Below are positions 55,598 to 64,000 of a stretch of DNA of 64,000 nt, piece after piece; the stretch's first letter is position 1; every line of letters begins with the position of its first letter. Under the pieces are notes generated by a model that made no database searches, was not told where the DNA came from, and saw only the letters and a program-made list of their open reading frames with translations. A program made the translations under genes and the position numbers. The stretch lies in assembly GCA_964372275.1 (NCBI GenBank), contig CAYJRR010000005.1, forward strand, positions 1 to 64,000. Direction: 5' to 3'. Source of the stretch: an uncultured bacterium. Lineage in GTDB: Bacteria; CAYJRR01.

Positions 55598-56836
55598 CTA
55601 GCCGTTGCCGCCCGCCGGCTCCTCGCGGAGCGTCGACTCCAGGACCGAGAAGTCGATCCCGGTCCGCTCGGCCGTCCGGCGGATGTAGTCCGAGAGCTTG
55701 TTCTGGTCGAGCACCGGGCAGATCGCGGTCAGGGTCTCGGCGATCCGGCGCCCTTCGCCGGCGTTGAAGGAGGCGGCGGTGAGGGCCTGCATCGAACGGC
55801 AGAACTTCTCGATCTCCTTCACCGAGACGCCGTCCTTGGCGATCTTCTTGAGACGGCGGAAGTCGGCGGAGTCGTTCTTGCCGGTCGGCGCCCACGCGAA
55901 GTCGGGGATCTTGTCGCCGCGGGGCTTGCCCCATTTCGCCTTGACGATGTTCCCCTCGTCGTCGGTGTACACCTTCATCTTCCAGGAGAGCGGAACGAGG
56001 TTGGTCTCGCCGCGGGCCGCGTAGTGGCTCTCGGCGACGTACTCCAGGTTCAGGTCGACCTCGAACGCCTTGGTGGCGCCGCCCGGCAGCCGGCCCCGCG
56101 ATCGGCCGGTGAGCTCGGTCGCCGTACGCTTCCAGGAGTAGATCGCCTGGTTCCAGACCTCGACGCCCGGATCGACGTCGAAGACGATCCCCGGCTTGTC
56201 GGGCCCGACGTAGGTCTCGAGCAGGGTCAACAGGTCGACCGGGTCGAGGTTGTCGCTCGCCGACTCGCGGCCGTAGTTTCGGGCGCCGTAGAACTCGGAG
56301 TAGGGGCGCGGGTAGAACCAGGTGGTCAGCTCGCGCAAGTCGCCGATGCCGAACGGCACGTCGGCGTAGATCTTGTCCAACTCGACGACGAAGGCGGACG
56401 CGGGGTCGATCCCGGCAGGGGCCCAGTTGTGGCAGAAGCCCTCCCAGCGCTTCGCCTTCTTGTCGTACCCGGTCCGGTTGTAGTTCTCGGTGAGTCCGGG
56501 GTTGCGTCCTTCCGAGGCGGTCATCGCCACGTCGAACTTCTCGCTCGTCGGCTTGGCAGCGTTGTCCTTGATCACCTGGTGGACCAGGTCGCAGTCGCCG
56601 TAGCCGCGTCGCAGCATCCGCTCGATCTCCGTGTCGCGCTCCCGCGCGAGCGGCCCTTCGTAGCGCGGGAGGTAGGACGAGGAGTAGGGCTGCAAGTCCA
56701 TCTTCGCCGATACGTCGCCCGCGGTGATCGTCGGCTTCGCGAGGTCGTCGACGTATCGTCCGGTCTGGGCCGATGCCGTTCCGGCCAGAAAGATCAGACT
56801 GCTCGCCGTGGTCAGGCGTGTCGCAAACATGGACAT
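55598..56836 (-). CDS. Secreted transglutaminase-elicitor-like protein (paralog A)
   Basis: Signal peptide; WEGFCHNWAPA; VWNQA; PDFAW; GGAGGAGG RBS. Confidence 0.75.
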   Translation of the reverse strand: MSMFATRLTTASSLIFLAGTASAQTGRYVDDLAKPTITAGDVSAKMDLQPYSSSYLPRYEGPLARERDTEIERMLRRGYGDCDLVHQVIKDNAAKPTSEKFDVAMTASEGRNPGLTENYNRTGYDKKAKRWEGFCHNWAPAGIDPASAFVVELDKIYADVPFGIGDLRELTTWFYPRPYSEFYGARNYGRESASDNLDPVDLLTLLETYVGPDKPGIVFDVDPGVEVWNQAIYSWKRTATELTGRSRGRLPGGATKAFEVDLNLEYVAESHYAARGETNLVPLSWKMKVYTDDEGNIVKAKWGKPRGDKIPDFAWAPTGKNDSADFRRLKKIAKDGVSVKEIEKFCRSMQALTAASFNAGEGRRIAETLTAICPVLDQNKLSDYIRRTAERTGIDFSVLESTLREEPAGGNG

Positions 56837-56885
56837 CGAAGCCTCCTCCTACGCGCGCCCACCGTCGGGCGTGGCGCGCGTGTGG

Positions 56886-56901
56886 AGCAGGAGGCGTGCC
56901 A
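56886..56901 (-). promoter_or_regulatory. Sigma54 promoter of paralog A
   Basis: TGGCACGCCTCCTGCT on minus strand; IHF-like TTTCAAGGGCTTG at about 56928-56940. Confidence 0.7.
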
Positions 56902-57072
56902 CGGCGCGTCGAGATCATCTCTTTACTTTTCAAGGGCTTGCCTTGTCATGCCCTGGCAAGTGTCGCATCGATGTCTCGTCTGAATGTGGTGAGTCGTTGT
57001 TCATCAACGATGACCGAGCTCTCCATGTCCCAGCCCGTTCGTCGCGCGATCCGGGTGTAGGATCCGGCTCCG

Positions 57073-57534
57073 ATGAGCGATCGATCGAACGCCCGACCCG
57101 GTTGGGACGAGTACTTCATGGGCTTCTCCCTTGCTGCCTCGCGGCGCGCCACCTGCGATCGGAAGCATGTCGGCGCGGTGATCGTCGTCGACAAGCAGGT
57201 CGTGGCCACCGGATACAACGGCTCGGTGCGTGGGATGCCGCACTGCGACGAGGCCGGACACGACATGGTCAACGGGCACTGCGTCCGGACGATCCACGCC
57301 GAGATGAACGCCATCGCCCAGGCGGCGGCGCGGGGCGTCTCGGTGAAAGGCGCGAGCATCTACACCACCGCGAGCCCCTGCTGGGACTGCTTCCGCGTGC
57401 TGGTGAACACCGGGATCCGGCGCTTCCTCTACAACGAGCCGTATCGCGAAGGGGAACACCGGCGGCGGATTTCGGAAGTGGCCGACCGCCTGGATCTCGA
57501 GGTGAAGGCGCTGAACGGCGGCCAAGGAGCTTGA
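57073..57534 (+). CDS. dCMP deaminase / ComEB family
   Basis: RPGWDEYFM, TGYNG, HAEMNA, PCWDC. Confidence 0.92.
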   Translation: MSDRSNARPGWDEYFMGFSLAASRRATCDRKHVGAVIVVDKQVVATGYNGSVRGMPHCDEAGHDMVNGHCVRTIHAEMNAIAQAAARGVSVKGASIYTTASPCWDCFRVLVNTGIRRFLYNEPYREGEHRRRISEVADRLDLEVKALNGGQGA

Positions 57535-57570
57535 CGAGTTCCCGGGCCGCCGTTCGCACCGCCGCCTACG

Positions 57571-58965
57571 TCACGCCGGGCTGGGCGAGCTGCCGTCCGC
57601 CGGCGGTGTTGCCGGCGCGGGCGCCGGTTCCGCCGTCGGGGCAACGTCCTCGTGGGCCGGCGTCTCGCTGTGCAGCATTCCGTCCAGCACGCTGTAGTCC
57701 TGGCCGGTGCGCTCCGCCGTCTTGCGGATGAAGTCGGCGAGCTTGTTCTGGTCGAGGACCGGGCAGATCTTGTCGAGGAGCCTGGAGAGCTTCTGCGCCT
57801 CCTTCTTCTTGATCCTTCCGTTCGGAAGGGCCGCCATGCGACGGCAGAACTCCTCGATGTCCTTCACCGAGATCCCCTCCTCGGCGATCTTCTTCATCTT
57901 CTCGAACTCGGCATTGGTGGATGGCGCGCGCGGGATCCACGCGAAGTCGGGGATGCGGTTGGAACCGTCCCAGGCGCTGTCGACGATGTTCCCCTTCTTG
58001 TCGGTGTAGAGGTAGGCGTCCCAGCTGGTCGTTCGCTCGATCGTGTCGCCGCGGTACCCGTAGTGCCCTTCAAGGCCGTAGGTGGCGTTGATCTTCACCT
58101 TGTAGACGCGCCCCTTTTCCGGCGGCCGCTTGGGACCGAACTCGGCCGGATTCTCGATGCGCTTCGTCTCCATGTCCCACTTGTAGACGGGCTGGTTCCA
58201 GACCATGTAGCCCGGATCGACGTCGAGCACGATCCCCGGTTTCCCTTCGTCGACGTAGTTGTCCAGGATCGTGATCAGGTCGACCGGATCGAGGCTGTCC
58301 TCGATCTTCTCCTCCGAGTCCTTGTCGTTGTGGCGCTTGCCGAACCAGGCAACGTTCCAGCTGTCGGGGAAGTTGAAGGTCATCAGCTCGCGCATGTCCG
58401 CGATGCCGAACGGGACGTCGGCGTAGATCTTGTCCATCGAGACGATGAAGTTGATGTTCTGGTCGAGTCCGGCCGGCGCCCAGTTGTGGCAGAAGCCGGT
58501 CCAACTCTCCGCTTCCTTGTCGTACCCCTCGCGCAGGTAGCGCTCGCGGAACCCGTCGACGCCGACCGCCTCGAACTTCGCCGCGGTGTCCTTCTTGGCG
58601 TTGTCCTTGATGACCTGGTGGACGAGGTTGCACTCCCCGTTGTTGAAGCCGTCGGTGACCATCCGACGGATCTCGGCGTCGCTCTCCGAATTGGCGAGAG
58701 GACCGCTCGAGCGCGGGAGGTAGGAACCGGAGTAGGGCTTGAAGCCCATATCCCCCCTCTTCTTCCCCTGGCGGATCTTCATCACCGATTCACCCGCGCC
58801 GCGCACGAAGCGACCGTTCTGCTTCGGAAGGGGGGGCGCCGCCGGAGTGGCTGCCGTGGTCGAAGTGGCCGCCGTCTCCGTTTCGGTGACCGGCTGCGCA
58901 AGCGCGCTCGCGTTCCAGACCAGGACCGCGGCGAGGCCGGCGATCGACGTACGTGTGGTATACAT
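57571..58965 (-). CDS. Secreted transglutaminase-elicitor-like protein (paralog B)
   Basis: Signal peptide; WTGFCHNWAPA; VWNQPV; PDFAW; AAGGAG RBS. Confidence 0.78.
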   Translation of the reverse strand: MYTTRTSIAGLAAVLVWNASALAQPVTETETAATSTTAATPAAPPLPKQNGRFVRGAGESVMKIRQGKKRGDMGFKPYSGSYLPRSSGPLANSESDAEIRRMVTDGFNNGECNLVHQVIKDNAKKDTAAKFEAVGVDGFRERYLREGYDKEAESWTGFCHNWAPAGLDQNINFIVSMDKIYADVPFGIADMRELMTFNFPDSWNVAWFGKRHNDKDSEEKIEDSLDPVDLITILDNYVDEGKPGIVLDVDPGYMVWNQPVYKWDMETKRIENPAEFGPKRPPEKGRVYKVKINATYGLEGHYGYRGDTIERTTSWDAYLYTDKKGNIVDSAWDGSNRIPDFAWIPRAPSTNAEFEKMKKIAEEGISVKDIEEFCRRMAALPNGRIKKKEAQKLSRLLDKICPVLDQNKLADFIRKTAERTGQDYSVLDGMLHSETPAHEDVAPTAEPAPAPATPPADGSSPSPA

Positions 58966-59028
58966 GTCCGCTCCTTGGTTCGGTTCTGAAGGTCGATTCG
59001 AAGGTGAACGTCGGTCGGCGGGACATTC

Positions 59029-59044
59029 AGCAACCGCTGTGCCC
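59029..59044 (-). promoter_or_regulatory. Sigma54 promoter of paralog B
   Basis: GGGCACAGCGGTTGCT on minus strand. Confidence 0.7.
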
Positions 59045-59176
59045 TGCACTATCCACCCCGCGATATCATTGATAAGTGGCTGTCAATTAATCGCTTTGTC
59101 AGTCCTTCGTGAGTGAGTCACGGAGATCTCACTCGGAATCGCCTGCTGTCAGTCACCCCCAGTTTGTGGGATTGAT

Positions 59177-59201
59177 ATGTCCCGAAGGGATGTCGGTCTC
59201 C
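59177..59201. promoter_or_regulatory. Putative enhancer (UAS) of paralog B
   Basis: ATGTCCCGAAGGGATGTCGGTCTCC, 20/25 identical to 61035-61059. Confidence 0.6.
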
Positions 59202-59255
59202 CATCGGACGGCCCCCTGACTGGGTCTTCGATAGGAGGTCAACGACGTCCCACCG

Positions 59256-60844
59256 TCAGGCGGGTGTCGAGCCTGACTCGCTGTCCGGCGTGGAGGCGTC
59301 GCCGGGCGCCGGCTCCGGCGGAGGGACTTCGGCGTGTGCATCGGTCTCGCTCTTCACCGCCGCGTCNNNNNNNNNNNNNNNNNNNNNNNNNNNNNNNNNN
59401 NNNNNNNNNNNNNNNNNNNNNNNNNNNNNNNNNNNNNNNNNNNNNNNNNNNNNNNNNNNNNNNNNNGCTCCGGCGGAGGGACTTCGGCGTGTGCATCGGT
59501 CTCGCTCTTCACCGCCGCGTCGACCACGCTGTAGTCCTGCCCGATGCGTTCCGCCGTTGCGCGAATGAAATCGGCGAGCCTGTTCTGGTCGAGCACCGGG
59601 CAGATCTTGTCGAGCAACGCCGAAAGGGTCGCCGCCGTCTCGTCGGCGATCGGTCCCTGCGGAAGCTCCGACATGAGGCGGCAGAACTCCTCGATGTCCT
59701 TCACCGAGATCCCCTCCGACGCGATCTTCTTCAGGCGGTCGAAGTCGGCGCTCCGGCCGGGCATCAGCGCTGCCCATGCGAAGTCGGGGATCTTGTTGTA
59801 GCCGTCCCACGCGCTGTCGACGACGTTTCCGGAAGCGTCGGTGTAGATCAGCGCGTTCCACGTGGTCGTGCGGCTGATCGTCGGTCCGCGGTAACCGTAG
59901 TGCCCTTCGAGCCCGTAGGTCGCGTCGATCCGGGCCTTGAACACCTTGCCCCCCTGCGGCGGCTTCTTCGGACCGAAGGCCGTCGGGTCGGTGATCTCGG
60001 TCGAGACCATGCTCCACTTGTAGAAGGGTTGGTTCCAGACCATGTAGCCCGGGTCGACGTCGAAGACGATCCCCGGCTTCCCCTCGCCGACGTAGTTCTC
60101 GAGGATGGTGAGGACGTCGATCGGGTCGAGGCTGTCCTCGATCGGCTCCGTCTTGTCCTTGTCGTTGTGTCGCTTGCCGAACCAGGCGTGGCCCCAGGCG
60201 CGCGGCAGGTTGAAGGTCGTCAGCTCCCGCAGGTCGCCGATCCCGAAGGGGACGTCGGCGAAGATCTTGTCCATCGACACCATGAAGTTGATCGAGCGAT
60301 CGAGACCGGCCGGGGCCCAGTTGTGGCAGAAGCCGGTCCAACTCTCGGCGGAGCTGTCGTAGCCTTCGCGCAGATACCGTTCCCGGAAGCCGGCGCTACC
60401 CACCGTCTCGAACTTCGCCGCGGTGTCCTTGGCGGCGTTTTCCTGGATCACCCGATGGACGAGGTTGCACGCGCCGTCGCTGAAGCCGTCGACGATCATC
60501 TTGCGGATCGTCGAATCGCTCTCCGAGTTGGCGAGCGGTCCGCTGCTTCGCGGAAGGTAGGACCCGGAGTACGGCTCGAATCCGAGGTCGCCGCGTCGTT
60601 CGCCGGCGGCGAACGGGCGCACGGTTTCGCCGGCGCCGCGGACGAACCGTCCGTTCTGGACCGGAAGCGGCGTCGGCGTCGGGGCCGGCGTGGCGGCGGC
60701 AACCGGGGCCGGAGATGCGGTGGTCGCAGGGGCCGGGCTCGTCGTCGGCTCCGGGGGCTCGGCGTGGACGACGTTCCATGGGGCCAGCGCTCCGGTCAGA
60801 AGGAGTGCCGCGACGGGGACGAAGGGGACACGTGGGGTCGGCAT
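59256..60844 (-). CDS. Secreted transglutaminase-elicitor-like protein (paralog C), spanning an assembly gap
   Basis: Signal peptide; WTGFCHNWAPA; VWNQPF; intact once the 55-bp overlap and Ns are collapsed, ending ...SESGSTPA-stop. Confidence 0.78.
59367..59466. other. 100-N scaffold gap flanked by an identical 55-bp overlap
   Basis: 59312-59366 is identical to 59467-59521. Confidence 0.95.
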
Positions 60845-60888
60845 GCTCGGCTCCGAGTCGAAATGAACGACGAATGTTTCGCCGGGTG

Positions 60889-60904
60889 AGCAACGGATGT
60901 GCCG
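60889..60904 (-). promoter_or_regulatory. Sigma54 promoter of paralog C
   Basis: CGGCACATCCGTTGCT on minus strand. Confidence 0.7.
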
Positions 60905-61034
60905 CCGGGGCAACAACGCCACGCGAATTCGCAAGGAGCGAGGAAAGTAGGGGAAACAGCGCTGTGCTAGCCATGTGACAGAGAAGTCCGAGGTCTCAAG
61001 AATCGGACCGATGTCGCAATGCGTCGGGACTCAA

Positions 61035-61059
61035 ATATCCCGTTGGGATATCGGTGTCC
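61035..61059. promoter_or_regulatory. Putative enhancer (UAS) of paralog C
   Basis: Palindrome ATATCCC-GTT-GGGATAT followed by CGGTGTCC. Confidence 0.6.
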
Positions 61060-61060
61060 G

Positions 61061-62839
61061 TCAGATCGTCGACGAGGTCGGGGGGAAGGCCAACTTTCCC
61101 CGCCGCGCGGATTGGTAATGCAAGGTGCACAGGCCGCGCGCCGCGTGCGGACGATGGCAACCGGCCATCGAACATCGCTTCGGCGCCGGTCGATCGGCCG
61201 CCGCCTCGGGAGCGTCCGCCGGGCGCTCGCCGTTTCGCAGCCCGACCAACGCCTGGATCAAGGCCGCGCGGTCGATCCCTTCGGACGAGGTGCGGGGCGT
61301 CCGCGGGGTGGTGGCGTTGGTCGGAGGAATCTCCTCCAGTCCGGCCCGCGGCATCGAGCCGGCGGCTTCCAGCGCCATCCGGACCGGCTCGACCGATCCC
61401 TCGCTCAGGATCAGGATCTCCGATGTGAGGTTCGCCACCACGCGCTCGCCGATCTTGGGATCGGACTTGGCCGCCGCGGCCGCCGCCGCATCCCGACAGA
61501 CGAGCAGGGTCGGATTCATGAAGTAGTACTCGCCGTACGACCGCGACCACTCCTCGAGCGAGATGCGCACGTTGTCGGGCAGGCTGCCGGCCTGTTGCTC
61601 CAGGAACGCGATCACGCTCTCCAGGGGAAGCGATCCCTTCATCGCCTGCAGCAGGGCGCGCTTGTCGAGCCGATACGAGCGAACCGGACCCGACGGTCCG
61701 GGCTCGGCGTCGGCGAACACCTCCAGTTGGTACCGCGCCACGAGCGAGGCCGACGCGGGAAGGATCGCCTCGAAGGTGGGGAGCACCGTCAGGCGGCCCG
61801 TCTCCGCCGTCGATCCGTCGTTCAGCGGGTCGTCCGAGAGCAGGCGGAGCCCGAGAGGCGTGAGCGAAACGGCGTCGGGGAACAGCTCTTCGGGAGCGAC
61901 GGAGGCCACGCCGAGGTAGCAGAGGTAGGTGGCGCCGCTCTGCACGCGCGCGCGGAGCATCTCCGGGCGGCAGCCGAGGAAGTCGGGGTGGTATTCGAGG
62001 GCGCGCGCCAGGTCGTCGAGGTAGGCCCAGTCGCCGGGACGCCGCTCCGACAGGAGGTCGGCGACGGCGGACAGCTCCCGCTGGTAGCGCCACGGCTCGC
62101 GGCGAGCCGCCTTGAGCAGGTCGCGACGGACGCGGTCGGCCGGGCGATCGAGCCACTCGCGGACGCGCCGGTCGTCGACCCGTACCTCCGCCGGTTCGAA
62201 GCGAACGAAGAGCAATCGGCGGATCAGTTCCAGGGCGAAGCCGAGACGGCTCGGAAACAGCTCTCCGCCCGCGGCGACGGTGGCGCCGGCCGGCGCCGCC
62301 GGCCCGGCGGGGGCGGGTCCGGAGGGCGAAACGCCCGGAACGTCTTCCGGATAGACCAGCCGCGCGGCGAGCCGACGCAGGTCGGCGGCGTGCACGGCGC
62401 CGCCCCGCGTGATGCGGAAGGCGCCCCGGCGCAGGAAGGCAAGCGTCGTGACGACGTCGTCGAGGAAGGCGCCGCCATGGTCGGCGGTCGGGCCCATGGG
62501 CTTGGGCGAGGTGGCCGGAGCGATCGCGTCCCGGCGCGCGGCGGCCTTGATCCGCGCCGAAACGTCGGGAGGGACCGAGTAGCCCGGCGTGAATTCGCCG
62601 TCACGCCAGAGGAGGATCCCTTCGCGCTCGAGACGCGCGAGCTTCCGGTCGATGTCGGCCGGCGAGAACCTCCGGTCGAGCGCGCATCGGACCAGCGTTC
62701 CGCGGCCGATCCGTGGCCCGGCGGTTGCCGCGCGAAGCAGGGTCCGCTCCAGCGGATCGGCGGCGGCCCACATCTCGTCGATCCGCCGGTCCACCTCCGC
62801 CTCCACCCGGTCGGGCACGTCAAACGGCTTCGATTTCAT
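61061..62839 (-). CDS. XPB helicase-associated domain protein with C-terminal CCCH zinc finger
   Basis: LTVLPTFEA...FAD...YRLD...LPDNVxxxLxEWxxxYG; CSMAGC...GLCTLHY. Confidence 0.75.
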   Translation of the reverse strand: MKSKPFDVPDRVEAEVDRRIDEMWAAADPLERTLLRAATAGPRIGRGTLVRCALDRRFSPADIDRKLARLEREGILLWRDGEFTPGYSVPPDVSARIKAAARRDAIAPATSPKPMGPTADHGGAFLDDVVTTLAFLRRGAFRITRGGAVHAADLRRLAARLVYPEDVPGVSPSGPAPAGPAAPAGATVAAGGELFPSRLGFALELIRRLLFVRFEPAEVRVDDRRVREWLDRPADRVRRDLLKAARREPWRYQRELSAVADLLSERRPGDWAYLDDLARALEYHPDFLGCRPEMLRARVQSGATYLCYLGVASVAPEELFPDAVSLTPLGLRLLSDDPLNDGSTAETGRLTVLPTFEAILPASASLVARYQLEVFADAEPGPSGPVRSYRLDKRALLQAMKGSLPLESVIAFLEQQAGSLPDNVRISLEEWSRSYGEYYFMNPTLLVCRDAAAAAAAKSDPKIGERVVANLTSEILILSEGSVEPVRMALEAAGSMPRAGLEEIPPTNATTPRTPRTSSEGIDRAALIQALVGLRNGERPADAPEAAADRPAPKRCSMAGCHRPHAARGLCTLHYQSARRGKLAFPPTSSTI

Positions 62840-64000
62840 ACCGGTATCCCTGCTCCGTCAGGAAGAGCTGCCGTCGCGCGGCGTAGTCGAGCTCGACCGT
62901 GTCGCGCGTGACCAAGGTATAGAACGTCGCCGCGGCCGCCTTCGGGCGAAGCACACGGCCCAGGCGCTGCGCCTCCTCCTGGCGGCTGCCGAACGTGCCG
63001 CTGATCTGGATTGCGACGTTCGCGTCGGGGAGGTCGATGGCGAAGTTCGCCACCTTGCTCACCACCAGTCGCGGGATCTCACCCGCCTTGAACTTCTCGT
63101 AGAGCGCCTCGCGCTCCCGCTGCGGCGTCTTTCCGGTGACCAGCGGACAGCCGAGCCTCTTCGCCGTCCGCTCCAGCTGGTCGAGAAACTGCCCGATCAC
63201 CAGCACGTGGTCCTGGCGGTGAATCTCCGCCAGGCGCGCCGCGACCTCCACCTTGATCGGATTCTCGGAGGCGATGCGGAACTTCTCCCGCTTCCCCGCG
63301 CCGGCGTAGCCGATCCGGTCGACCTCGTCCTTGAACGGCACCCGGATCTCGCGGCAGGTCGCCTTGGCGATCCACCCTCTCCGCTCCAGATCCTTCCACG
63401 GGACGTCGTACTTCTTCGGTCCGATCAGGGCGAAGACGTCCTCCTCCTTGCCGTCCTCGCGCACCAGCGTGGCGGTGAGCCCCAGCCGGCGGCGCGCCTG
63501 CAGGGAGGCGGTCGCGCGGAAGACGGGGGCGGGCAGCAGGTGGACCTCGTCGTAGACGATCAACCCCCAGTCCTGCCGGTCGAACAGCGGCAGGTTCTCC
63601 ATCTCCAGGGCCGTCGATCGGCGGTGCGTCAGCATCTGGTAGGTGCCGATCGTCACCGGACGGATCTCCTTCCGGTCGCCGGTGTATTCGCCGATCTGCT
63701 CCTCGCGGAGCGTGGTTCGCGCGAGCAGCTCGTCCTTCCACTGGCGCACGGCGGTGGTGTTGGCGGTCAGGACCAGGGTATGGCTGCCGACGGCGGCGAG
63801 CGCGCCGATCCCGACGATCGTCTTCCCCGCGCCGCAGGGGAGCACGACCACGCCGCTCCCCCCCCGCTCCGAACCGCCGGCGTGGAAGGCGGCGACGGCG
63901 TCGGTCTGGTAGTCGCGCATCGACCAACCCTGCGACGACAGCGCGATCGGTAGCTCGGCGCCGCGCACGTAGCCGGCGAGGTCCTCGATCGGCCGGCCGA
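62820..64000 (-). CDS. XPB/Ssl2/Rad25-family DNA helicase, 5' end outside the window
   Basis: RDYQ, LPCGAGKT, DEVH, LGLTATLVRED, SKVANFAIDLP, QRLGR. Confidence 0.93.
   Translation of the reverse strand, partial: GRPIEDLAGYVRGAELPIALSSQGWSMRDYQTDAVAAFHAGGSERGGSGVVVLPCGAGKTIVGIGALAAVGSHTLVLTANTTAVRQWKDELLARTTLREEQIGEYTGDRKEIRPVTIGTYQMLTHRRSTALEMENLPLFDRQDWGLIVYDEVHLLPAPVFRATASLQARRRLGLTATLVREDGKEEDVFALIGPKKYDVPWKDLERRGWIAKATCREIRVPFKDEVDRIGYAGAGKREKFRIASENPIKVEVAARLAEIHRQDHVLVIGQFLDQLERTAKRLGCPLVTGKTPQREREALYEKFKAGEIPRLVVSKVANFAIDLPDANVAIQISGTFGSRQEEAQRLGRVLRPKAAAATFYTLVTRDTVELDYAARRQLFLTEQGYRYEIEAV

Noticed and set aside
57073-57534. dCMP deaminase as an anti-phage dCTP deaminase or part of the transglutaminase system
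   Set aside because: Single-domain ComEB-type without a kinase domain, on the opposite strand with its own promoter; most simply supplies dUMP for ThyX
59312-59521. 55-bp direct repeat as an att site or CRISPR repeat
   Set aside because: It flanks an N gap exactly and lies inside a coding sequence, so it is an assembly overlap
20-63953. Many long overlapping ORFs (e.g. 20-3010 +, 10507-13389 -, 13359-15974 -, 21536-24367 -, 31872-33899 -)
   Set aside because: Arg/Gly/Pro-rich shadow frames expected at very high GC; each overlaps a gene with recognisable motifs

Overview
Very GC-rich bacterial scaffold window. PilZ proteins, many acidic lipoproteins, FadL-type porins and sigma54 promoters point to a diderm, probably Myxococcota/deltaproteobacteria-like organism; this taxonomy is inference. 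About 56 credible CDS were found, and no rRNA, tRNA, CRISPR or transposase was recognised. Housekeeping genes include panD, an aceE-type E1, a tandem-domain thyX, thiO-thiS/thiG/thiE, a dCMP deaminase and an XPB helicase with its partner. Main observations: (1) three paralogous secreted proteins carrying the oomycete transglutaminase-elicitor motifs WxGxCHxWAPA and VWNQP (Pep-13-like), each behind its own sigma54 promoter, two sharing a palindromic enhancer; (2) a three-gene operon of FeeM-like N-acyl amino acid synthase, methyltransferase and VAO/PCMH flavoprotein, predicted to make a methylated N-acyl enamide; (3) two solo AAA-DUF4143 ATPase-nucleases with tandem operator-like repeats over their promoters, one flanked by a direct repeat of the thiO start region; (4) an archaeal-type GAPDH homologue; (5) two apparent pseudo-enzymes; (6) a domain shared by two lipoproteins that I cannot name; (7) a pervasive leaderless-promoter signature. 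Two assembly artefacts are visible: a 100-N gap with a 55-bp overlap, and a probably chimeric first ~55 bp. All family calls come from motif recognition by eye, not from database searches.
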